From a virus: DNA of 64,000 bases. The notes below the pieces were generated by a model. It saw nothing but the letters and a program-made list of their open reading frames with translations. It made no database searches and had not been told where the DNA came from. The stretch covers positions 5,871-69,870 of IMG/VR virus record IMGVR_UViG_3300033571_007861. One strand, written 5' to 3'. Positions 56,907-64,000 of this stretch are shown piece by piece. The first letter of the stretch is position 1. The number at the start of each line of letters is the position of its first letter. The position numbers and the translations under genes are program-made.

Positions 56907-57104
56907 ATGAAAGAACTTTTCATTGAGGCCGTAAAGCACGGCGTTATGCTTTACATTTTGGGCGCTGTTGTTGTCGGAATCTTACTGACAAGCTGCTCAA
57001 ATGAAGGTGCGGGGTTTACAAACTCTGGCAGACGATTGCAACCCGTTTGCATCAATAAACAAAAAAGCACTCCAACTCATCAGGTCTGGGAATCATGCCG
57101 TTAA
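56907..57104 (+). CDS. putative small lipoprotein
   Basis: hydrophobic stretch ending in lipobox LTS-C. Confidence 0.5.
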   Translation: MKELFIEAVKHGVMLYILGAVVVGILLTSCSNEGAGFTNSGRRLQPVCINKQKSTPTHQVWESCR

Positions 57105-57168
57105 TCTATCTGTTTTCTGTCGTCGGTTTCTTGTGGTGCGTCAAGCAGGTTTTCAATCTGTTTGACGC

Positions 57169-57393
57169 ATGTGGAAACTCCGGTCGTTACAAGCACTGGG
57201 AAGAAGAATAGTGTTTCTTTCCGATTACGATGTGGCTAGAAAAGTGTATGAAGCCTTTCGTATTCGTGCTAAAAAGACAAAGTTTGAAAATGAGGCGTCC
57301 GTTGATTGGGATGATCTTGAAGAGGATCATCAAATAAAATGGATCGCAATCGTCACTGTCGCCAAACAAATATTTGATGCGGCAAAATCGTAA
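57169..57393 (+). CDS. hypothetical protein
   Basis: VARKVYEA..WDDL..KW pattern; start uncertain. Confidence 0.5.
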   Translation: MWKLRSLQALGRRIVFLSDYDVARKVYEAFRIRAKKTKFENEASVDWDDLEEDHQIKWIAIVTVAKQIFDAAKS

Positions 57394-57410
57394 AAGAAAG
57401 GATCAAGACA

Positions 57411-57644
57411 ATGGATCGTTTTGTGGAAGTTGCCGTTAAATCGGCTTGGTGGTCAAAGATTAACTGGGTTCAGACCGTCACCCTTCTGGCGACAATTGCT
57501 ACGGTCGTCGGCTTTGACTTTCCGCCAGAGCTGCAGGCAAAAGTGGTTGAAACCATTGTTGGTCTGAGCACCGTTGCGACTGTTATCCTTCGCACTTGGT
57601 TCACGACGACCGTGACCCCGGCCTCTGCTAATAAAGTCGCCTAA
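57411..57644 (+). CDS. putative holin
   Basis: KSAWWSKINW plus two TM segments, ILRTWFTT; in the lysis cassette. Confidence 0.7.
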   Translation: MDRFVEVAVKSAWWSKINWVQTVTLLATIATVVGFDFPPELQAKVVETIVGLSTVATVILRTWFTTTVTPASANKVA

Positions 57645-57647
57645 TCA

Positions 57648-57896
57648 ATGATCCCCACCGCCCTATCCATGCTCATGGCGCTGTTTAGCGCCGTGGGCAA
57701 AATCTTTGAATGGCTTTACGCCCGGAAACTGACCGATGCCGGAAAAGTTCAAGCAAAACTTGACGCCCTGCAGCAGCAGGTGGAAGCCGCTAAAATTGCC
57801 GTTGCCGCTCGTGAAGCGCAGCGCGCTGATGATCTTAGGCGGACTGTTGATGGCCGGGTGCCAATCGACGAATCAGACCCCTTCCTTAGAGACTAA
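57648..57896 (+). CDS. putative i-spanin (Rz-like)
   Basis: N-terminal TM plus coiled coil ending DPFLRD; overlapped by a lipoprotein gene. Confidence 0.65.
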   Translation: MIPTALSMLMALFSAVGKIFEWLYARKLTDAGKVQAKLDALQQQVEAAKIAVAAREAQRADDLRRTVDGRVPIDESDPFLRD

Positions 57897-58032
57897 AGCT
57901 GACTTTTGCCAAACGGCAAAAGCAATCTATTATTCTCGCCACGACACACCGCCAACCATTGCTCAGATTAAAGAGCATAATGCTGTCGGGATTGCCCTCA
58001 AGTGCGGTTGGTTGCCTTCTAAAAAGCCATAA
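57811..58032 (+). CDS. putative o-spanin (Rz1-like lipoprotein)
   Basis: GTG start gives MKRSALMILGGLLMAG-C lipobox; overlaps the i-spanin in another frame. Confidence 0.7.
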   Translation: MKRSALMILGGLLMAGCQSTNQTPSLETKADFCQTAKAIYYSRHDTPPTIAQIKEHNAVGIALKCGWLPSKKP

Positions 58033-58050
58033 AAATCAGGGAGAGGTTTT

Positions 58051-58281
58051 ATGTCTTCTGTGGAAAAGAACGATTACAAGCAGCGTTATGCCAAAAACAG
58101 GCAGATTATTCAGGAGAATAATCTGGCGTCTGACATTCACGACCGCATTCTTGATGACAACAATCTCAATCTTGCCGCTGCGTTTGATGATGCTGTTGTG
58201 TGGATTGCTGAACTTTACCTAGAGCTTGAGCAGATTAAGAAAACTTCTTCTGCTGGATATTTGAGGCGCAAGCCTGAATGA
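58051..58281 (+). CDS. hypothetical protein
   Basis: GAGAGG RBS. Confidence 0.6.
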   Translation: MSSVEKNDYKQRYAKNRQIIQENNLASDIHDRILDDNNLNLAAAFDDAVVWIAELYLELEQIKKTSSAGYLRRKPE

Positions 58282-58472
58282 CATTGCTTGTCGTCATCAT
58301 GGTCTGCACCAACTATATGCCGTGCGACAAGGATCACGCCAGAGTCTATCAGGCGTTTCGTGCTCAACCGGGACAGATTGTTTGCGGCGTTCCTGCAGAT
58401 ATGACAATTATACAGTCTGATCTAAGGCCAGACAAAAACGAATATGTCTCTATCAAATGTAGACTAGACTAA
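58278..58472 (+). CDS. hypothetical Cys-containing protein
   Basis: ATGA overlap; four Cys. Confidence 0.55.
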   Translation: MTLLVVIMVCTNYMPCDKDHARVYQAFRAQPGQIVCGVPADMTIIQSDLRPDKNEYVSIKCRLD

Positions 58473-58699
58473 TCTAATTCTTTCAATTCTTTGATTGCTT
58501 TGATGGCAGCGGTTTTCTTGTCTTTTAGATTTGTTCTTTCAACAATAGCAACCGCCTGATCAACAACATCGCTTCTTGATTTACGAAGGCGAATGATTTC
58601 GTCTAGGCAATCAACAAGCAACTGCTCTCTCAGACTCAACATCGTGCGTCCGTCAAGTATTTCAGCTATGCGCTCAAAAAGATTATCGGTTCTCGTCAT
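58469..58699 (-). CDS. hypothetical protein
   Basis: last gene of the converging - strand block. Confidence 0.6.
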   Translation of the reverse strand: MTRTDNLFERIAEILDGRTMLSLREQLLVDCLDEIIRLRKSRSDVVDQAVAIVERTNLKDKKTAAIKAIKELKELD

Positions 58700-58789
58700 A
58701 ATTCAACATGGCCCACACGCAAAAGGCCACAAGCCCTGCTCCAACGAGTGACATAGACCAAATAAATATGTCTTGTTTGGACATTTAGA

Positions 58790-58969
58790 TTATTCTCCCA
58801 ATTCTTTGTTGAAGCATTTAATCGGATGCCATTCTACTTCGCCTTCTCTGCGAATTTCAATTTCATGCCGCATTAACATTTCACCAGTTCTCTTATCATA
58901 TTGAACATATCCGTCAACAAGAACGGGGTGGTTGACGGCGCGAATATCGACAATCGGCTTATCGCTCAT
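58790..58969 (-). CDS. hypothetical protein (59 aa, not in the ORF track)
   Basis: MSDKPIVDIRAVNHPVLVDG...; ATGA overlap with 58966..59307. Confidence 0.55.
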   Translation of the reverse strand: MSDKPIVDIRAVNHPVLVDGYVQYDKRTGEMLMRHEIEIRREGEVEWHPIKCFNKELGE

Positions 58970-59307
58970 GCTCTTTGTTCCCTTGGCTTGTATCTACGCG
59001 AGTTTGACTTTAGGCTGTCAGGTATTTTGCCACTTGTTTCTTCCATCGCTTTAAGCATTAGTCTAACGGTCGATTCATCTAATTCAAGAAGATTGGCTAT
59101 CATTGTCTTTTTTAATTTTAACTCTTGCCTCAACCTCCAGACGACATTGTGTCTGGCTCTCCTTACTGGGTAGGTGTATGTGCGCCCAATAAACCCGTCC
59201 CAGATGATGTTTTCTTTTGCCAACTCTTCCTTTACGATTTTGTAAAACACGGACACTTGGTCACGAGATAGTTTTGTTACGGCAATTTCAGATTTTGTCA
59301 TCATCAA
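58966..59307 (-). CDS. DnaA C-terminal-like HTH protein
   Basis: VRRARHNVVWRLR..IANLLELDESTV resembles DnaA domain IV (DHSTV). Confidence 0.6.
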   Translation of the reverse strand: MMMTKSEIAVTKLSRDQVSVFYKIVKEELAKENIIWDGFIGRTYTYPVRRARHNVVWRLRQELKLKKTMIANLLELDESTVRLMLKAMEETSGKIPDSLKSNSRRYKPREQRA

Positions 59308-59552
59308 TTTTCTTTGGCCTCCGTTTCCGTAATCTTCTGAAAGTGATGCTTGACCTCTTTTGGCAGCGTATTGAACAGACTTTCATCTATCTTAAGCTGA
59401 TAGATATGCTGGATAATTTGAGCAAGATCATAGGCGCTAATACTGCTCATGGAATTTAATTTATACCATTGCTCTAGCTTGTTGTTCACGAGACGTTCTC
59501 CGTGTTTACAGTTATAGTTGTCATTTGACCTTGTTTTAAGATCAAATGACAA
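59304..59552 (-). CDS. hypothetical protein
   Basis: 82-aa ORF coupled to its neighbours. Confidence 0.55.
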   Translation of the reverse strand: MSFDLKTRSNDNYNCKHGERLVNNKLEQWYKLNSMSSISAYDLAQIIQHIYQLKIDESLFNTLPKEVKHHFQKITETEAKEN

Positions 59553-59566
59553 CGCATATTTGTTGC

Positions 59567-59818
59567 TCAGTCGTTGAACAAGTGAAGCTGACCAATTTCC
59601 TTGGCGTAAAGGCGCGCAGCGTTGTCCTTTTCCTTTGCCTTTGCCTTCTTCTTCTCATCCCACATTTTGCGACGCACGACTTCAGCAAGGGCCTCTGGAT
59701 CAAAACCAGAGCTTTTGGCTTCGGTCTTCAATTCCTTGATCATTTCAGAATTTTCTTTGCGCTCAGTCTCAAGCTGCATCAAGCGATCAATGTAGGAGGA
59801 TAGGGATTCATTGCTCAT
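59567..59818 (-). CDS. GapR/DUF2312-like DNA-binding protein
   Basis: LSSYIDRLMQLETERK..IKEL..EAKSSGFD..L..VVR. Confidence 0.8.
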   Translation of the reverse strand: MSNESLSSYIDRLMQLETERKENSEMIKELKTEAKSSGFDPEALAEVVRRKMWDEKKKAKAKEKDNAARLYAKEIGQLHLFND

Positions 59819-59956
59819 GGTTGATGGCTCCTTGTTGGTGGTTCATCACCGGCACCATATCATAGCCGGTTTTTGTGTCTATGTTTTTGTTTTGTTTACA
59901 TTAAATGGCGGCGTGGGCGATGTCAGCCTGTGTCACGCGGGCCGGGGTGCAGGGCA

Positions 59957-60145
59957 TTAGCGGGCGACTTTCTTAATAACCATAAATAATATGGTAACAA
60001 TTTCAGCAACAGGCCAAAACAATGCCGCGAAAAGACATAAACCATCATCAAAATCCACTCTACCAAGTCTCTTTAGTTCAAAAATGAACATGCTAGAGTG
60101 AAAAACCCCTAACACATAAAGCGCTATTGCAACGTAGGTCATCAT
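59957..60145 (-). CDS. small membrane protein
   Basis: two hydrophobic segments, ALFWP. Confidence 0.6.
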   Translation of the reverse strand: MMTYVAIALYVLGVFHSSMFIFELKRLGRVDFDDGLCLFAALFWPVAEIVTILFMVIKKVAR

Positions 60146-60468
60146 CTCTCTCCTGTCTGAGTGTTAGCGGGCTCCGTCACGCCTTCAATCGCGGCGCGGG
60201 CGCGGCGGAAATCGTCAGGCTTTACAAAAACCATTTTGTAGCCATAGACGTTGTGTTCCGGCCTGCGTTCAATCAGGAACGGCTTCAACGCCTCCCGCAG
60301 CTTTTCGTTCTCAATGTGCAATTCTTCCATGGCGTCATCCGAAGCACCGACAAATCGTATCCCTGCGTTCAACGCCTCTTTCATCCCATCCCGTTCCTCT
60401 GTGACGGCGGCAAGGTCGGCGCGGAGGCGGGTATTCTCTCTGCACATTTCAGCGATACAATCACTCAT
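60142..60468 (-). CDS. hypothetical coiled-coil protein
   Basis: ENEKLREALKPF..DFRRARAA. Confidence 0.65.
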   Translation of the reverse strand: MSDCIAEMCRENTRLRADLAAVTEERDGMKEALNAGIRFVGASDDAMEELHIENEKLREALKPFLIERRPEHNVYGYKMVFVKPDDFRRARAAIEGVTEPANTQTGER

Positions 60469-61264
60469 TCGCCCCTCCTGATTGCTGCGTAGTTCCGGCG
60501 CCTATGCGCGCAAGCATTTTCTGCCACCGCTCGCGCTCGGCCGCCTCTATATGCGGTCTGATGGCGGTGATGACAGCATCGCTCTCGTCAATATACGACC
60601 ATGGGTCACACAATTCTCCGCATGGTTCTTCGCTCGCTTCTCTATCAATCGCCACTTCAAGTTTCATTTTGTAAATAGCCTCGGAGCCTATCTGGCTGAG
60701 TTTAATGTCCTCCACAGGCTTTTTAATTTTCGCAGAGCGGCGCAAAGCCGAATGGAATACTTTCTGCTCGTCGGTTGTCAGGTGGCGGGGTTCGTCCTCC
60801 ACAGGCGCGACTACCAAACGTCTCTCCTCGCCATCCGGCATGGTGACCGTCATACCATTTGTCAGCGGGTCGGTGCTTGGCTCCACCCGCGCGAGACGGG
60901 CGGCATTACTACACAAAGCTTTATGCTGTGCATTCACAGTAGCTTTTAGCGCGTCGCGTTCGCCGCGAACCATTGCCAACTCTTCAAACACCGTCGCTCG
61001 CATTTGTATCCACATATGCCCTGACGCGAGTTCGGCTTTCAGCGCATCCCGCTCCGCCAGCGCCGCCTCAAGAGCGTCGGCGGCGCGATTATTCTTTGCG
61101 TTATACGCCAAGCCCGAGCGTAGTGCCCTTATAAGCGCCGCATAATATTCCTCGCTCTGGAATTGCGCGGCGTACGCGGCGGTAATAATGTCAATCACTA
61201 TAGACCGACTGACAGTTGTGCAGGCGTTATATCCCGCCTCAATCGCTTTATTGTTCGGTTTCAT
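60461..61264 (-). CDS. hypothetical Ala-rich accessory protein
   Basis: AADALEAALAERDAL repeats; overlaps neighbours. Confidence 0.6.
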   Translation of the reverse strand: MKPNNKAIEAGYNACTTVSRSIVIDIITAAYAAQFQSEEYYAALIRALRSGLAYNAKNNRAADALEAALAERDALKAELASGHMWIQMRATVFEELAMVRGERDALKATVNAQHKALCSNAARLARVEPSTDPLTNGMTVTMPDGEERRLVVAPVEDEPRHLTTDEQKVFHSALRRSAKIKKPVEDIKLSQIGSEAIYKMKLEVAIDREASEEPCGELCDPWSYIDESDAVITAIRPHIEAAERERWQKMLARIGAGTTQQSGGANE

Positions 61265-61902
61265 TATAATACCCTCGTAGCTTCGACATAAACCACACCG
61301 TCTTTTTTGACGGTATGAGTTTTGATCCTAAGTCCGGCGCTGTAGGCGACGTTATACAGTTTGCGAGCAAGATTTACAGATTTATCGCCAGCCGGGAATT
61401 GTCGGCTTTCTCCGATTTTCATGGAACGAAATGTTTTTGATGTTCCGTTGCGGTATTGCTGCTCCAATTCAAGTTCCGCTATGCGTTCGTTTAGCGTGTT
61501 TATTTGGCGGACATAATTTGCAATAGTGCGAGACTGGGTTACAAGTTCATCGGTTAGATCAAGGCACGTTTGTCCCTCGTAGGCCGCGCCAATTTTTGTA
61601 ACAATGTCGCGAGCAATGCCTTCGTTGTCAGTGACCGGAGATATGCTGTTAAGGATAGCTTTGACCTCGCTCACAAGCATCGCGTCTCGCTCCGGTTCAA
61701 AGTCTGGCCGGTGCCTTTTAGCGATAACAAGTTCAAACCCAAGAACCTCCAGCACCGCTTCAAGATCAATCAGCCTTGGGGATGTGCCTATTTTCCATCG
61801 GCTGATGGAGTTGTGCGAGACCCCGGCTTTGGCGGCAAGATTAGACAGGTTGCTTGTTTTGTGTTCGTAGATGAATTTTACAAACTTGTGCGGGTCCATC
61901 AC
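61264..61902 (-). CDS. XRE-family HTH protein
   Basis: LSNLAAKAGVSHNSISRWKIGTSPRL..LEVLGFEL. Confidence 0.7.
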   Translation of the reverse strand: MMDPHKFVKFIYEHKTSNLSNLAAKAGVSHNSISRWKIGTSPRLIDLEAVLEVLGFELVIAKRHRPDFEPERDAMLVSEVKAILNSISPVTDNEGIARDIVTKIGAAYEGQTCLDLTDELVTQSRTIANYVRQINTLNERIAELELEQQYRNGTSKTFRSMKIGESRQFPAGDKSVNLARKLYNVAYSAGLRIKTHTVKKDGVVYVEATRVL

Positions 61903-62126
61903 TCACCCCTCGCCTTGCGTCGCGCTTTGGCAAACGCTTTCAAATCTTTGCCCTTAAAAACAACCTGCGTTGTTTCGTCGTCGCCAAAACACTCTGCGGG
62001 TATTCCGTTTTCGACCCAATCCGTCGCCGCATACAGCCCCTCAATCACATTCGCAGCCTCATATAAATCTTCCAGCCCGCTGATCTGGCCAGCTATGGCG
62101 CGAAGTCGCATGGATATGTTGTTCAT
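61899..62126 (-). CDS. hypothetical protein
   Basis: coupled ORF; LYEAANVIE. Confidence 0.55.
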   Translation of the reverse strand: MNNISMRLRAIAGQISGLEDLYEAANVIEGLYAATDWVENGIPAECFGDDETTQVVFKGKDLKAFAKARRKARGE

Positions 62127-62233
62127 GGCTCACTCCCCAATCCACATTTTGACGACCCACGCGGCTGCGGCGGCGAAGCACAAAATCGCGAAAATATGTG
62201 CGACGGTGTTGAAGTCTGGCAGTTGATTGTCGG

Positions 62234-62446
62234 TCATCCCTGTTTCTCCCACTCCATGCTTTCCAACTTCTCTTTTATAACAGAGTATCGCACAGCAATT
62301 GTTTTCGGATTTTTATTGCCAATTTCTTTTGCAATATCTGCCCAATTTTTCCCTTGCTGTTTCAACTCAAAAATCTTTTGCTCATAAGGGGTCAGGGCAG
62401 AAACATCTTTGCAAAAGTGAAAAGTAAATCTACCCTTCTGATACAT
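62234..62446 (-). CDS. small HTH (sigma region 4/LuxR-like) protein
   Basis: LTPYEQKIFELKQQGKNWADIAKEIG. Confidence 0.6.
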   Translation of the reverse strand: MYQKGRFTFHFCKDVSALTPYEQKIFELKQQGKNWADIAKEIGNKNPKTIAVRYSVIKEKLESMEWEKQG

Positions 62447-62813
62447 TATTTGTTCCCCTAAGCTTTTTCTTTGCCACAGAAATCATGTTACATATGCTGT
62501 TGCTGGATGTCTTCATGCTTCTGGCAATATCTTCTGTTGGGACTCCGCTCATGTGCATTTCGTAAGCCCTCCGCTGGCGGATCGTCAACCCATCAACGAT
62601 CACCGGAGGTCTTTTTATTTTGACAAAAACCTCTTTTGGCTCTTCAAACACATACGGCTGATACTTTTTCTTTCCTTCTTCCGTCACATCTTCAAGACAC
62701 TTGAGATATGGCAGAGTGATCGGTATGCCGGAGTAACCGTCCATTTCCATAGAGTTGAGACGGCTCATCGGGTTTGAAGAATTCAAATGCAACACGCAAC
62801 GATCTGCTCTCAT
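62430..62813 (-). CDS. protein with a C-terminal sigma-70 region 4-like HTH
   Basis: LTIRQRRAYEMHMSGVPTEDIARSM..ISVAKKKL. Confidence 0.65.
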   Translation of the reverse strand: MRADRCVLHLNSSNPMSRLNSMEMDGYSGIPITLPYLKCLEDVTEEGKKKYQPYVFEEPKEVFVKIKRPPVIVDGLTIRQRRAYEMHMSGVPTEDIARSMKTSSNSICNMISVAKKKLRGTNNVSEG

Positions 62814-63059
62814 TTACGCATGTCCGTGGGTTTTTGATTTGTCCATAAATTGTTTAAAGTTTCTTGAGTGATTCAGGACAGATTCCTTGAGAGCATCAAA
62901 GAAAGCGTCATAACTTTCTTCTTTAACGTCCTTGACAAAAAGGAGGACTAAAAGTTTCTCAATTGTGTCCCAAGTTTCTTCACGATCCATAAGACCTAAA
63001 ATCTCAAAGATTCTGGTTTCTTTTTCTGTCAATCCTGCTTTTTCTGTTGATTTTGTCAT
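62814..63059 (-). CDS. hypothetical protein
   Basis: 81-aa ORF in the - strand string. Confidence 0.55.
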   Translation of the reverse strand: MTKSTEKAGLTEKETRIFEILGLMDREETWDTIEKLLVLLFVKDVKEESYDAFFDALKESVLNHSRNFKQFMDKSKTHGHA

Positions 63060-63230
63060 TTCACTTTTCCTTCTTCTTTCTCAATAGTTCAATCTGCTTC
63101 GTCAGATCGTTAATCAAGTCTTGCTGCTCCTCAATTAACAGCCTTGCATCTTTCATCACCATCTGCGCGCTAGGGCTGATGTATCCTGTTTCCCAGCTTT
63201 TTAGTTGGGCAATGATGTGGTCTATTTTGC

Positions 63231-63728
63231 TCATAAATCTCCTCCGAAAACCCTCAACACTGCTTCCACAGGATTCAAGATTTTAATCCTGATTTTCTTC
63301 TCTGGTGTTTTGTCTTTGGCGACCGGGTTCATTTTGTCGCAGTCCGGAACGCCAAGATTTCGCAACTCGCCATATGTCAACGTCGCCTCAACCGAATAAT
63401 CGCGGCTGATGTGGCCATCCAGCCGTTGGCGAATGCTCATGGGCAACTCGTTTAACATCTTGTTTGTGATGTCCGGGCGCTCTTTGCCACTGTAGAGTTC
63501 ATAAGCTTGGTGCATCTTGACCACCGCACCCGGAGCAACGCACACAGACGGCACAGAAAGGGCCAGTGTGCAGGCAGAGCGGCAAGAGCCCCTAATCTCC
63601 ACCCTACGTTTTTCAAGCGCATACTGGTGCGCCTGAGCAATGTATTTGTCTACAAGACCGCCGCCATCTTCACGAATGACAACGGGCTGCTTGATGTCCG
63701 GGGGTGGGGAAAGAAAACTCACTTCCAA
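63231..63728 (-). CDS. ClpP/crotonase-like domain protein
   Basis: DGGG..IRGSCRSACTLAL..CV.PGA..MHQA. Confidence 0.55.
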   Translation of the reverse strand: MEVSFLSPPPDIKQPVVIREDGGGLVDKYIAQAHQYALEKRRVEIRGSCRSACTLALSVPSVCVAPGAVVKMHQAYELYSGKERPDITNKMLNELPMSIRQRLDGHISRDYSVEATLTYGELRNLGVPDCDKMNPVAKDKTPEKKIRIKILNPVEAVLRVFGGDL

Positions 63729-63979
63729 TATCTCCTGATGCGATGTCTACGCCGCTTTTTGTGACGCGGTTTTTCAGATTCGTCAATCGTTTCTTTTGTT
63801 GACGTTTGACTGTCAACGATTGATGGCTCAGGGTTGTTTACAACTACTTCACACTTTGGTGTTTGTGGACAAACAAGCGTTGGCGGTTTTAAAACAAACG
63901 CTGTCTCATGTTGCTTGTCCACCTTGTAAAGCCTGCAGCTTTGTCTTGGCTCCGGAACAGGAACGAAGAAAAGAGACAA
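63719..63979 (-). CDS. hypothetical protein with a basic C-terminus (may be 5'-truncated)
   Basis: ORF near the window end; RHKKRRRHR tail. Confidence 0.45.
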   Translation of the reverse strand: MSLFFVPVPEPRQSCRLYKVDKQHETAFVLKPPTLVCPQTPKCEVVVNNPEPSIVDSQTSTKETIDESEKPRHKKRRRHRIRRYWK

Positions 63980-64000
63980 CCCAAACCCTGCAACAGCGGC

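Noticed and set aside
1-64000. CRISPR array, DGR/reverse transcriptase, integrase, rRNA
   Set aside because: No regularly spaced repeat-spacer array, RT motifs, TR/VR pair, recombinase or rRNA sequence was recognised by eye.
1-64000. Stop-codon reassignment
   Set aside because: Long genes read through in the standard code, all three stops are used, and no clear suppressor tRNA is present.

Overview
Roughly 64 kb of a tailed dsDNA phage genome, podovirus-like (no tape measure or sheath genes; large internal virion/ejection proteins). The host is probably an alphaproteobacterium, judging by the GapR/DUF2312-like and DnaA-C-like genes and the promoter style. The + strand runs: small accessory ORFs, TerS, intein-containing TerL, tRNA-Thr, tRNA-Gly and a tRNA-like RNA, portal, two very large modular proteins, GroES-like protein, scaffold, major capsid, tail/adaptor/nozzle genes, GNAT, ejection proteins, tail-collar protein and a lysis cassette (amidase, holin, spanins). 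From about 58.5 kb a converging - strand block of small regulatory and accessory genes begins. Six free-standing homing-endonuclease-like genes sit between structural genes. The most notable observations are: (1) four ORFs end in the identical peptide YWGA-stop with synonymous codon variation; (2) virion-associated proteins are built from modules separated by a recurring [basic/aromatic]-A-x-G-G motif, often preceded by an AL-x-LA-R/K helix, and a candidate partner protein is encoded nearby, suggesting a polyprotein/cargo system; (3) a pre-toxin-like leader is repeated in three proteins ahead of variable domains; (4) a tRNA-like RNA has a 9-bp acceptor stem and a large insert; (5) several conserved structured RNA leaders are present. 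All family calls come from motif recognition by eye; no database search was run.
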